Below, piece after piece: positions 52,705 through 64,000 of a DNA stretch of 64,000 bases. Position numbers and translations under genes: made by a program. The stretch is from Basidiobolus meristosporus CBS 931.73 (Eukaryota > Fungi > Basidiobolomycota): positions 115,214 through 179,213 of the forward strand of contig MCFE01000082.1 of assembly GCA_002104905.1 (NCBI GenBank). The letters are read 5' to 3'. Below the pieces are notes generated by a model. The model saw nothing but the letters and a program-made list of their open reading frames with translations. It was not told where the DNA came from and did not search any database. Within the stretch, counting starts at the first letter, position 1. Every line of letters starts with the position of its first letter.

Positions 52705-53034
52705 ATGCGTTACATTGCTGCCTACCTTCTCCTCACCCTCGGTGGTAACCAATCCCCCGCTGCTGCTGATGTTGAAAAGCTTCTCTCCTCTGTCGGTATC
52801 GAATCCGACTCTGAGCGCCTCAGCAAGTTGATCTCCGAATTGGAGGGCAAGAACATTGAGGAACTCATTGCCGAAGGTAAGGAGAAGCTCGCTTCCGTTC
52901 CTTCCGGTGGTGCCGCTGCTGCTGCTCCCGCCGGTGCCGCCGCTGGTGCTGCTGATGCTGCTCCTGCTGCCGCCAAGGAGGAGGAAGCCAAGGAAGAGTC
53001 TGATGACGATATGGGCTTTGGTCTTTTCGACTAA
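52705..53034 (+). CDS. RPP2: 60S acidic ribosomal protein P2
   Basis: [14 protein letters not shown]...[17 protein letters not shown]; probable 5'-UTR intron at ~52618-52696. Confidence 0.97.
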   Translation: MRYIAAYLLLTLGGNQSPAAADVEKLLSSVGIESDSERLSKLISELEGKNIEELIAEGKEKLASVPSGGAAAAAPAGAAAGAADAAPAAAKEEEAKEESDDDMGFGLFD

Positions 53035-53453
53035 ATTCACATCCCCTACTTTCGTACTGTCTATCTTGCTTAGCAACTATACATGGTGCTTCAAACTGTG
53101 CCTTGATCGTTGTGTAAACACAATAAACATTAAAACATAATACATTGAGTTCAATATCATTTGATGTCAGAAATTAAACAGATTGTGTGGATCGCCCTTT
53201 CAGGCAATGTCGAAATTAATACTCGTTGGGAGCCTCAGCCAAATCCACCGGTTCTGGAAGTTGGCGACCTTGCAAAAGCCGTCACGCGAATCACAATTTG
53301 GGAAGGGATTTTTTTTTGACGGTTTCAACAAAAAAAATGAGCATTCGTGATTTTTCTTTATTTTCATGGTTAGCGGGGATTTTTTTCTCGAGTTCTTGTG
53401 TAGTGACTACCCGTAGCTTGGCTTCTTGCTGATTTCCCTTTGACCCTACTGAA

Positions 53454-55569
53454 ATGACGACTACTCAACCCGCCAGCAACTCGTTTGCCAAGCGTTTGGC
53501 CCACACAGGTGATTTTGCGTTTCGATACTTAAAAGCCCCTTGCGGCTCGAAGGGTTCGAGTTATTTATTGTTTTTACGCTTTCGCTAGACAAAAAGATTC
53601 GCGACAAAGCAGTCAAGGCTCTTGGGAAATGGCTTAGTAGCAGAGAGGATCTCGATCAGCTCGAGCTGTTGAAATTGTGGAAGGGTCTCTTCTATTGTAA
53701 GTACACTTTCAACCCATCTTATTCCTCTCCTTGGTCTTGTTACTGATCCACGGATTCGGCCAGGTTTCTGGATGTCTGACAAGCCTCTTATTCAGCAGCA
53801 GCTATCCAACACTCTCGCCACCATGATCTTGGATCTTCCCCAGACAATCGCCATTCCATTTGTCAAAGCTTTCTGGGAAATCATTGTTAGAGAGTGGAAC
53901 GGTATCGATCGTTATAGGTAGTTTCATATTCCCCGTGCGTCATTGAATCTTCATGGTATTAATGTAATGTATTACTTAACGCGGTGACCAGATTGGACAA
54001 ATTCTACCTTCTTTTGAGAAGATATGTCAATTCTACATGTACCCTACTGATGAACAGCAGCTGGGATACCGAGCTGGTAGAGCAATACGTAGATATGATG
54101 AAGAGTGGTGTATTCAAGTAAGTTGTTGCTGCTATTAACATCAGAGGCCGGAAAATTAATTCACCCTACAATAGCCCAAGCAACCTTCAAATTCCCAACA
54201 GTGTTCGTACACACGTGGCGGATTTGTTTTTGGAGGAACTTGACAAAGTGGTTCCAACTGAGGTAATGTATCCACAAGCGAACCGTTGCTTCCAGTCCAG
54301 AATGGTACTTACTTTGATTTCCCAGAAATCCGAGGAAGTCCCGATGGAGAAGATTTTGGAGCCCTTTTTCTATTTCATTGCACGTAATCCCAATAAGCTG
54401 GTGTACACCCGCCTACAGGAGAATCTGTTACAACCCCTTTCGGAGCGCATCCAGAGTGGTAAATGGTTTAAGTTGATTTTATTTGATATACCATGGATTC
54501 TAATGTTACTGAAGAGGAATCAGAGCAGCGTCGTTACAACTATGCGTCTATCATCGAATCGCTTGCTGAATTGGCCGCTGATGCCGAGACTACTGGCGTC
54601 AAACGCAGACGCATCAATCAGTTCTTGCAAGCTATTGGTGGAACTCCCAAGGAACCCGAAGTTCTCGAAGATGACTCTATGGATGTAGAAGAGCCAGAAA
54701 TTGTAGAGGATGATGTGGTGGAGCCAAGCAATACTGACTCGAAGAAAAGAAAGAGACAGAAGAAGGTACCAGAGTCGGCTGAAGCCAATGAGGCTGTCCA
54801 AGAGGATAAAAAGAAGAAAAAGAAGAAGCAAAAGGCCGTAGAAGAGATCCCCGAGGCCGTCAGTGAGCCAGTTCAGGAGGAAGAGCCAAAGAAGGTGAAG
54901 AAGCAAAAGGTCGTTGAGCCAGTTCAAGTAGAAGAGCCCAAGAAAAAAAAGAAGCAAAAGGTGGCTGAGGAGCCAGCAGCTGCTGAGCCCATTGAAGTTG
55001 CTCAACCTGTGAAAGCCAAAACTGGTAAGAAGCAAAAGAAACAAGCGATTGTTGAGGAAGCTGCTGAGCCTTTGGCAGTCGAAGAGACCATCACCATAGA
55101 GGAACCTGTAAGGCAAAATTTAGACCATCATTCTTATGCGGCAGCCTTTTAACCGAGCTTCTCTTAGGTCAAGAAGCTATCCAAGAAATCCAAGAAACAG
55201 AAAATTGTCGAACCCGAGACAGCTGTCGAGGCACCCGAGGTGGAAGTAACCGTTAGTAGTTCAATCGTTTGACTCACATCATCACCCCGTTTCTTGACGT
55301 TTATCCTATCCAACTAGCTCAAGAAGTCCAAGAAAGTGAAAGCTGAGAAGGAGGTGACCCCCAAACTGGTAGAGCCATCAACTCCACTTTCTAGCGCGTC
55401 AAAGAAATCTGTTCAGTGGGGATTGGAGAACAACTCAGTGAAAAGATTCAAGAAGCAACTTCCCGTCTCCCCCATGCCATCCCCAGTCGCTTCCGATAGA
55501 AAGCCCATGAAGAGCGCGTTGAAGAAATCCAAGCGGTCTGTTGCAGCTAACCCTAAGTCATCCCTATAG
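53454..55569 (+). CDS. RRP1: Rrp1/Nop52 rRNA-processing protein with K/E-rich C-terminal region, multi-exon
   Basis: FAKRLAHT|DKKIRDKAVKALGKWL, LLKLWKGLFY|CFWMSDKPLIQQ, REWNGIDRYR|LDKFYLLLR; C-terminal KKSVQWGLENN and PMKSALKK. Confidence 0.92.
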
Positions 55570-56165
55570 ATTGTCCTCTTAATTTCCTGTTTATTCGATC
55601 TTGATTATATCAACTTTTCCTTTATGATTCACATCCATGCCTTTACCCATAATCATAGTCCGAAACCTTTACAAAGTTGAAAAGGAGTAAAAAACATTAG
55701 ATTATTTTCGGTTGTGGTATTTATGTGATAGATATCGCTGACGGGTAGATTGTCTATGATTCCTGGGCATAGTTATAGACTTTCTCCCAAGAAAATCGAG
55801 TATAGGGCGGTAGGTGACTTTTAAGCTGCACCCTAGTCACACGTTTTTCATCGAACTATAGCGTATCAACTACATAGCCTCTCTATCTCCGTGGCTAGTA
55901 CCTGTTCACCTGCCAACAGCCTAACCCTTAACCCCGGGCGACTCGCTAGAGTTGAGAATTCGAAGAACCATGGCTTGTTCGGCAGGGATGTTCAGGGGTG
56001 GCACAAATCCGCAGATGTCTTCCCACAAAGATTATTAGGGTTTGTGCTGTCATCCTGGCAGCCAGGTATCTCCTAACCGCATAATTTGTCAATACTCTAC
56101 CCATCCATTCTTGAAGGGGCTATCCGTCAAATGATAGGGGGTTCGCGGAAAAGTCAAATAGAAGG

Positions 56166-56184
56166 ATATATATATATATATATA
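56166..56184. repeat. (AT)n microsatellite
   Basis: atatatatatatatatata run. Confidence 0.85.
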
Positions 56185-56857
56185 CCTGTCAAAGACCTGT
56201 ATCCCTGTCGATGATTCATACACAGTCTGATACCTAACAACAACAGTAGTAAACCCTATTTTACGAATGAGATGATGTGCCATACATGATGTTGGTTACC
56301 AGATAAGCAACATTGGTCAAGTTCTTGGGAAATCTCTCACCTACGCTACGCTAGAAATCCACACAGAAATAGTACATCAATCTAGCCACTTATTATGATG
56401 CAACTCCCACCAATCATAGAATTTAGTAGCCAGGCACGATACTTAAACATACTATCATTACATGTGACCATTTCTTGAAGTTCATCTCCGACTAATACGT
56501 GATATTATCACCGTCCCATATGGTGGCATAGCAGGTTACGCGCTGCAAGCAAATAGGGTAACGCCCACCCCGGGCCCTATGATAGCCATCCCATCTCAAT
56601 CTCCCTACAACCCGGGATTTTCTTGAGGTAATGGTTGGACTCATCAGAGCTCGTTCCGTCTGACGGTATTAGTTTGAAACGGCCACCTGGGGGCCATTTT
56701 ATTGCTTATTCTTAACCAGACTCGTGTCACTCGATCACATCACATCATAGATAGACATACATCAATGCATTGTAAGTCAAATGCAATATTATTAGAATAC
56801 ATGATATTCGTTCATCTTTAGTGGCTCAAAGGAAATCAATCTAAAGTGAATGCAATT

Positions 56858-57886
56858 TCAAGCGCTAGGCCTATTGTCCTCGATTTTCAGGGTGAACTCG
56901 TGATCCTCTGTGTTCTTCATTGGCTGATAGGTGGCGGGCTTTTTCGAGTCATCCAGGCCGTAGATGTAGCTGGAGTAGATGACCAGGGAAGAGCCTACAA
57001 TGAAGACCAGAGTGACATGGAAGTCAAATAAATAGATCGAGCATAGACTCGACACAATGATCGATATGCTCGTGGCGAATCCCTTGAGGATGTTGTCGGC
57101 GTATTTGACCACCATAGCCACAATGATGCCACCACAAGCCTGACACGCGATCGCCATGAACGTGTATATGTTGTAACCGTACCAAAAGCCATTGGACATC
57201 ACGCTCTCTCCGTCCATCCACAAGATTCCCAAAAAGAAGGCCGGGAACAGGGAGAAAAATGAGAGCTGGATGTTACGGACCCAGAGAGAAGCGCGTGTTC
57301 CTTTGAGAATTTTCTCAAAGTACACGCCAGCTAGTCCAGAGAGAACACAGGCACATATCACGGTGGCTAGGCCAAGTAGCCGCTGACTGCTCTTCTCCAC
57401 GTCGTCCGAGACATCGGTCTTGATTTGAACCAGGATCACTCCGACGGTAAGAAGAACCAACGAGAACCATTTCTTGGCCGATAGAGATCGTCGCAGTATG
57501 ATAACAGTGCAAAGCGCGGTGGTGAGGATCTTCAGTTGGTAGGTGACCTGGAAGGTGGCTGCGTCCAAGAGGGTCACTGCCACGTATTGTAGATTGTTCT
57601 GTAGGGTGTAAAGTCCGGCAGGGATCATGAGTTTCCAAGCGTCTCTGCCGAAGATTTCGGAGAATATTTCCCCAGGCTGGATGCGCCCCTTTGTTTTGAA
57701 TTCATCACGAGCATGCATGTATAAGCATATGAACAGCTTGGAGAGCTCGGATAGTGCGACTGCTGTTGAGGTGGCATAGCGAGGCTCGAAATGCCGCGAC
57801 TGTCTCATGACAAGGACCAAGGCACTGTTTTGAACGACCAAGATGAGTAAACTCAAATACTTCATAGGGATCTTTTCCGGCAGCAT
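56858..57886 (-). CDS. Nucleotide-sugar transporter, SLC35A/UDP-galactose (Gms1-like) family
   Basis: MKYLSLLILVVQNS, LYTLQNNLQY, TFQVTYQLKILTTA, AGVYFEKILK, SLWVRNIQL, VKYADNILKGFATS. Confidence 0.93.
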   Translation of the reverse strand: MLPEKIPMKYLSLLILVVQNSALVLVMRQSRHFEPRYATSTAVALSELSKLFICLYMHARDEFKTKGRIQPGEIFSEIFGRDAWKLMIPAGLYTLQNNLQYVAVTLLDAATFQVTYQLKILTTALCTVIILRRSLSAKKWFSLVLLTVGVILVQIKTDVSDDVEKSSQRLLGLATVICACVLSGLAGVYFEKILKGTRASLWVRNIQLSFFSLFPAFFLGILWMDGESVMSNGFWYGYNIYTFMAIACQACGGIIVAMVVKYADNILKGFATSISIIVSSLCSIYLFDFHVTLVFIVGSSLVIYSSYIYGLDDSKKPATYQPMKNTEDHEFTLKIEDNRPSA

Positions 57887-58552
57887 CTATAGAAAGAATT
57901 GACATTCAACATCAGCTGGAAATAAAAGCAAGAGACGATATGTGGACACGGGAAAGTGGGAGAAGAATAGATACCTTGGAATTGATGTGTTGGCGTTAGG
58001 GAGATAAGGATAAAGAAACACAAGTCCCCGATGAAATGCTAGTAATACAACGGACACAGGAGATGCAGGTTCAAAAAAGCCAAAAAGGGATTTTTTAAAG
58101 CAACACAAGATTGGCTTTGTGGTGCTTGGTTGGCGGCCAATTGCATGAACACTACACTACAGATCAAATGATTTGTTTATGCAAGCTGAGGAAAGTAAGT
58201 CAAGCGCTCAGCCCAATATGCTTAAAAATAGAACATCTTATATTTCGGCAATGCGACAATCCCTCTGGTCCAATCACTATTTGGGCGAGCAAACGACAAG
58301 GATTGTTTCCTGACACCAAATAGGCCAAGCCCACGAATGGACAGAACGCAAATAAATTATCATGGAGTAAGCCGGTTCGCAAGGCTCAGAAAATAACCTT
58401 GGAATAAGCCAGTTCTAAAGGCTGAGAAATGAATCCAAGGTGTTAGATTCAAGTATTCCCTTCCAGGAATAAGTAAATTAAAAAGGAGTTCGTCAGGTAT
58501 CATTAACAATTTATTTCATTTTGGATGAGATACCATAATGAGCTAGTGTGAA

Positions 58553-59075
58553 TTATTGTTCCATGGCATCAGCGGATTTGGCAGAGCGGTCCTTGCGCTC
58601 AAGGAGAGCCTTGCGATCTTTGTCGAGCTTGAGGCTGGTGACAACAACCTTGGAAGGATGGACACCAATAGCGGTGGTGGCACCGTTAACCTTTTCGCGA
58701 GTGAGACGTTCGATGTGGATAACCCACTTCTTACGGTAGACTTGAACAATCTTGCCTTCACGGCCCTTGTAGGTACCACGAACAACTTGAACTTCGTCAT
58801 CCTTACGAACAGGGATGGAACGAGCATGGTACTTTTCTCTCAATTCCTTGGAGAGAGCAGCAGACATGATCTTTCTTCTGATGCTGGAAGGAGCGGCAAA
58901 GTGGGCCTTGCGGCTCTTGCGGCGGGAGGAGCTGACGTCTAAACGAACATCATTAGCAAGGTGTTTCGTATGTTTCTAGAGCAAGCTACCACGCCAGAAA
59001 CACCGCCGTGACTAGGATGGTGGATGGATGGGATGTCGTTGTGGGAATGGATAATTTACCTTGACTGAACTTCAT
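58553..59075 (-). CDS. RPL26: 60S ribosomal protein L26 (uL24), 2 exons
   Basis: MKFSQ|[37 protein letters not shown]...[14 protein letters not shown]...[25 protein letters not shown]. Confidence 0.97.
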
Positions 59076-59436
59076 ATTTCCCCAAGCACTACACGAAGTC
59101 TGGTAGTATATTTGAAAGAGAAAGTTTCAAATTTTAATTTTCTTGGATTTTTGTCGTTATTTCTGGATCATGTGATATGTCGCCTGCGTTCGGTTGGTTT
59201 ACATGGAAATTTTTTCGAATCTCCACTGTCGGCCATGGTTAGCCAAGCTTGATCGAAATCTGGAATTCGGTGACTGATTAATTCCCTGAATTGATCGACC
59301 CGATGACAGCATATTTACTCGAAATGACTGCACGCGGGGATGGATTAGCAAGGCCAGATAAATATTTGGAACAGTCCTTCGGGTTTCGCAGGGTATTTCG
59401 TCTCAGCATAAGAGCACACCTGGTTGAACTTGAAAA

Positions 59437-60769
59437 ATGTGGCCTTTGGCTACGGTAGTCTTATCTGGAAAGTGGATTTTCTTGTCGAGAAAATGTAAAC
59501 ATGAACGACACTTCTCAGCCATGTTTCATTCTCAACTCCGAATTGTTTAGAGTACCTGGATATATTAAAGGTCACGTCCGACGCTTCTGGCAGGTATATT
59601 ACTCAACATAGGTTTGGCCACTGGGGATAAAGACTAAATCTTCCATTCTTTTGGGCAAGCACTGATCATAGAGTGATTCCGGGCGCTCCAGGAAGAGTGG
59701 CCGCTTTGGTTCCACACGAACAATGAAGGCTCTTAGACGACTTCGTATGTATCTGCTGGGTGCGTTTTTCACAACACGTCTCTTAATTCGCAACACTGTA
59801 GCACGAACACCGCGAAGATGATGTTGCCTGCCACTGGGGATAAAGACTAAATCTTCCATTCTTTTGGGCAAGCACTGATCATAGAGGGATTCCGGGCGCT
59901 CCAGGAAGAGTGGCCGCTTTGGTTCCACACGAACAATGAAGGCTCTTAGACGACTTCGTATGTATCTGCTGGGTGCGTTTTTCACAACACATCTCTTAAT
60001 TCGCAACACTGTAGCACGAACACCGCGAAGATGATGTTGCCTGCGGGGGGGGGGGTGGCTTTGAAAGTACCAGGAGACCAGGTAGTGACAGTCAAAGCTC
60101 ACCTGGATTATCGGGAAAAGGCAATTTTGGGCGTGTGGTTCTTGTTCCAAAGAGAAATACTAACCCAATTATGACGCCAGGGTGGCTATAGCGAGCACTA
60201 CATGGATATCTTCAACTACGGGAGTAGTATGCCAGTTGTCAAAGATGTATACCATTCACTATCCTACTTCGTTATTGTTCGTCTATTAAGCATTCTGGAT
60301 CAGGCCCTAGTGTATGTTGGCACCACCATGAACTCGCAATATGTCGGACCAGCTAAATCCGCAGATATTGCATACCAGATTTATTCTTCAGTTGGTACGT
60401 TCAGCCAACATTTATCTAGAACCTAGCGATTTCAAGACTAATTTGATACTCTTAGGACCCAGCGGGCCGAATATTGACTATCTACTGAACCTGTGCGAGG
60501 CGCTACGCTCCATAGCCCCCAGTGCTCGAGACGATCATATGTTCGACTTGGAGAAGAAGGTCAAAGCGCTGGTTGCGGCTGATGCCCCCAAAGCATCAGA
60601 TGGGAAATACTCGGCGTCGGATTCGATACTGGAGATCTTAGAGACGAATGCTTCTGCCCAGTCCATAGAATATCGATTCATCAACACCACGAGTGGCTTG
60701 CCACACAACATCGACCAAACTGGTGTCAACCTGCTCATCAATAAATGTCTCTCATTGAGATGGAATTAA
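59437..60769 (+). pseudogene. CHAC: ChaC/Gcg1 glutathione-specific gamma-glutamylcyclotransferase pseudogene
   Basis: Motifs recovered by eye: FGYGSLIWKVDF, GYIKGHVRRFWQ, STDHRGIPGAPGRV, HLDYREK|GGY, ALVYVG...GPA...IAYQI, GPSGPNIDYLLNLCEALR. Lesions: frame break at the N-terminal motif, no AG at the expected acceptor (~59654), TGA at 59724 and 59937, +1 shift in an 11-G run (60045-60055), 213-bp internal duplication. Confidence 0.85.
59617..60044. repeat. 213-bp tandem direct duplication (2 copies, 2 mismatches)
   Basis: gccactggggataaagactaaatc... starts at 59617 and again at 59830; differences seen at 59674/59887 (T/G) and in acacgtctc/acacatctc. Confidence 0.95.
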
Positions 60770-61134
60770 TTACCCCAATTTGATCAACTTCGCAAGATTA
60801 GATCAACCAATAAAATCTCTTCTAGCAACAGACCAATATTTACCAATTTGCAGATCAGGATCATATTTACTGAGTAATGTGCAGTGAAGGGCATGAATCC
60901 ATTGAAAGGTCAGCCAATGATGACTTCTTTTTTTCCACTCACCAGTCCATTTTTCTGCCTATACGGAAACCTTTGTTAAGCAACTTAGGTCGTCTGGTCT
61001 GTTTCCTGCGGGTTATATATAAAGCTCGACCTCTGCCTTGAGTCATTCTAAATAATCATTTGTGCCTCCTCCTGACAGGGCTACATTATCACTCAAACGT
61101 CCCACATTGTCAATTAGTTTCCATTAAAAGAAAG

Positions 61135-62559
61135 ATGGGAGAGGTAAGTTGTGTTTGGTTTTCTCAACATCAATAAAGATTTGCCTCTGATCAGATGGGC
61201 CAACATTTTCGTAGTTCGAGGAGCTTATGAGGCTCGCTACTCAGCACACTCGCGAAGTTGACAAGGAAGTAGAGCGCAAGAAAAAAAGACAACAACTTGA
61301 GGAGGAAAAAAAGCGAAGGGAGCAGGAGAAAAGAAGAGAAGAGGAGAAGGCCACTACGGCCATCCAACTGGCTGAATTGAGAAAAAGAGACTTAGTCTTG
61401 GAAAGGGAGAGGGCAGAACGTAAAAGGGAACGGGAGAGAGAGATGGAAAGAAAAAAAGGCCTCGAGGAGCAAGCCAAAGGCCGCGATGTACGATCCGGCT
61501 CGATTACAAAGGAGAAAGCAAGAGTCCACACACTTTCTGAGGAGATCCCAAGGAGGAAGGTGAGTATTTCTTGGTTTGGTTTGTCTTGGTGTGACTCTGA
61601 GTAACTTAGCGAGCCCATCTCTTTCCTAAGACATACACTTCTATGTCTTTTGATGATTTAATTAATCAAGCTTCGGACATTCCCACGTCAACGTTCAAAC
61701 TTGTTCCGACCAGTAGGACAGGGTCAAGCATTAACAACTCTCGTAGCCCAGCAGCTAGGCGGGACGCCACTATTTCTGGCCGCGCTGCTAAGGGCACTTC
61801 ATCTATAAACCCATCTGTCCGAGATCGCAATGGCTCTGGCGAAAGGAGTGTCACCAGAGCAAACGGCGGAATCAAGTCTCGAGACGATAATCCTCACAAA
61901 CGACGACAAAGTGGAGCGTGTGAATTAGATAGCACCCGCAGCGCGTCCTCAAGCAGAGGCACCTCAGCGAAGTCTATTTCTTTGAAAGATGTAAGGAGAT
62001 CGGCTAGCGACCTTGATGTTCCCTCCAGAAAAGCCAAGCTATCCCCAGGGCTCAAATCGTCGAGATCTTCCGAAGCCACCAGAGCTCGCAGACGTAGCCT
62101 ATCACCACCGCCTAAATCTCGTAAACGAAGCATCTCTCCTCGCAAGTCTAGCAGCCGTAGGCCCGTCGATGATTCGGAATTTAATGAAGATTACGTTAAG
62201 AATGGAAACATCTCATCTATTATTGGACAACTCTTTGGTTACGACAGATCAAGGTATGACGATGACGATACACCTGCACCCACTCAGTGTCTGACTTGTT
62301 TTTAGATACGCAAATGAAAGGTATTCTGATGATGATATGGAAGCTAGTATGACCGATTTAAGGAAGGAGGAGTCCAGAAGGTATGCAGGTTGATGCGAAT
62401 TCACCTTCTAAACAGTGCACTAAGTGAGTATATCTTAGCGCGAAAATAGCTCGTCTGGAGGACGAACGTGAGGAGGAGTTAGAGCGTCAAGAGCAAGAAC
62501 GGCTTCGAGCTCGTAAGAAGGCCAAGCTAGAAATGGAGAAGAAAAAAAGCACTCGATAG
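61135..62559 (+). CDS. SPT2: Spt2-like chromatin protein, multi-exon
   Basis: N-terminal charged coiled coil, Ser/Arg-rich middle, C-terminal SPT2 pattern SSIIGQLFGYDRSR...YSDDDMEASMTDLRKEESRSAKIARLEDEREEELE. Confidence 0.85.
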
Positions 62560-62870
62560 AGCAAGGTAACGAGATGGAAAGGATGTCGATGACTCTTTCG
62601 ACATTGAAGTTAACCCGTCTGCTATCCCACTTGGTATTTGAAAGCCTGGTGAGGCGAGGGCGTGCGAAACGCCAGATCTACATTCTCTTGTATTGAGGTT
62701 AGGTTGGAGAAACTCTCGTGCGAGCAACAACCAAACATCACGCTTTAAAGCGGGCAGTTTAATAGAATATCCAATTTAGATATCAATAAATGTACATATT
62801 CAACAATCTACGGGTAGTCCGATTAAGGGGTATCAATAATACAGAAGGATAAATACACGAGGCGGATCAA

Positions 62871-63954
62871 TCAAACCGATTTCTCTAATAACGACTGGAA
62901 CCAAGGATCCCAGGACATCTCTTCAACAGAAGGACGTTCGGCTGGATTGGGGCTCAACATAGAGCGGATAAGAGGCAGCGCATCGGACGGAATATTTCTA
63001 AAGAACTCGTCGTCATGTCGATGCTTCAGAAAATTGGCATAGGCACGGTTTGTCGGGCGGGCAATCTCCCATGGGAATTTGCGCAGAATCATGCACACGA
63101 ATATAATGGCCAGAGACCAAATATCTGCTTTTGCTGCATCATAGGAGGAGCCTTCGTGAACTTCAGGAGCTATGTATGGGTCGGTGCCGGTGATGGATGC
63201 GGCGAGCTTACGTTTTCGGCTGAGGGAGTCGCTGAAGATAAATGCGCAACCAAAGTCAATCAGCTTGATCAGTCCATCTTCCCCAAGACAAAAGTTTTCC
63301 AGCTTCAAATCGCGGTGCGCAATACCCCGCTGGTGCAAATATTGCAGAGCATATACCATCTGCACGAAGTAACGATTGATCCGATCCTGGCTTATGTCCA
63401 CCCCTTTGAATAGGGACACCAGATCCATCGAGCAGAACTCCATGACCTGGTGAATTTGCCCGTCTTCCAGGGCGACGTCGATGGTTTTGATGATGTTTGG
63501 ATGGTCGAGCGACGCGCCGATGTAGATTTCGTTGCTAATGCTCTCGTAATAATGTCTTCTCCCCTCAGACCCTCGGATTGGTCGAAAAGTCTTGATCGCA
63601 AATTTCCTTCCACAAGCCATGGAATAAGTAGAATAGACCCTCCCGCCTGACCCCGAGCCCAACATCTCGGCAAAGGAGCCGTAAAGCTCGACAAGCGACG
63701 GTTGGACACGGTTCTTCAAGGCAATGATTAGTGGGAGATCATCTATCACCTCCTTCTTGAGCGATCTCTTGTGGAGTTTGGTTTTCAAGTGGCTGGGAAG
63801 CCGGGCCCGCTTTGTGCTTTCCTTTTTGGATTTTGGATGGCTGAAAAAACAAATCGACGGGAGATTTGAGACAGCTCTGAGATATCAACTTTAGTAACCT
63901 CGGAATCCTTGAGCGACTCGTCTGAGGCAAGGGTCGAGAATGTGGATAGTCCAT
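62871..63954 (-). CDS. Second Hal4/Hrk1/Npr1-family Ser/Thr kinase (start may lie at or beyond the window edge)
   Basis: LGSGSGG, FAIKTFR, EIYIGASLDHPNII, HRDLKLEN, DFG, GTDPYIAPE, DIWSL, FPW. A probable intron at ~63841-63898 links the upstream ORF 63739-63996. Confidence 0.9.
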
Positions 63955-64000
63955 GTGCGACGGGGAGGGTGAAGTTGGTAGTGGCTTTGAAGTCAAAAGT

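Noticed and set aside
51773-53076. Long antisense ORFs opposite RPS15 and RPP2 (also 58556-58942 opposite RPL26, 54520-55116 opposite RRP1, 47527-47886 opposite the SR gene)
   Set aside because: Shadow ORFs produced by codon bias or low complexity of the real genes.
56600-56690. CTGATGAG...GAAA on the minus strand as a hammerhead ribozyme
   Set aside because: Stem II does not pair and the cleavage position would be G; the plus-strand alternative lacks the conserved core A9.
56858-57886. Nucleotide-sugar transporter as the tptA flank of a Mucorales-type sex locus
   Set aside because: Motifs are SLC35A/UDP-Gal type rather than triose-phosphate translocator type, it is ~12 kb and several genes away from HMG-2, and no RNA helicase gene is seen in the window.
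59599-60150. 183-aa minus-strand ORF with an internal 71-aa repeat
   Set aside because: It is the antisense shadow of the duplicated ChaC pseudogene on the plus strand; the repeat only reflects the 213-bp DNA duplication.

Overview
Eukaryotic, intron-rich genomic DNA (short GT-AG introns with CTAAC/CTAAT branch points). The gene content (H-type ferritin, base-exchange phosphatidylserine synthase, a FOP/OFD1-type LisH protein, MATA-HMG genes) fits an early-diverging, zygomycete-grade fungus. Basidiobolus is plausible, but this is inference only. About 26 genes can be supported, mostly housekeeping: SEC2, a RING E3, two Hal4/Npr1-type kinases, YPD1, NPR2, a C2H2 TF, a lipase, an MFS sugar transporter, an AIF/AMID-like oxidoreductase, ferritin, a 2/2 truncated globin, NADP-IDH, SLA2, an SR protein, PTDSS, RPS15, RPP2, RRP1, a nucleotide-sugar transporter, RPL26 and SPT2. 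The most notable structure is at 34.2-46.9 kb: two MATA-type HMG-box genes plus a degenerate third HMG-like ORF around IDP-SLA2, with one HMG gene head-to-head with SLA2. This recalls the SLA2-linked MAT locus of ascomycetes and is a candidate mating-type/sex locus. Other points of interest are a centriolar-type TOF-LisH coiled-coil gene with a possible C-terminal membrane anchor, a divergent ferritin/truncated-haemoglobin pair, a ~915-bp long-inverted-repeat (foldback/MITE-like) element, and a ChaC pseudogene with a 213-bp internal tandem duplication. Coordinates of spliced genes were read by eye and span introns; all family calls come from motif recognition, not database searches.
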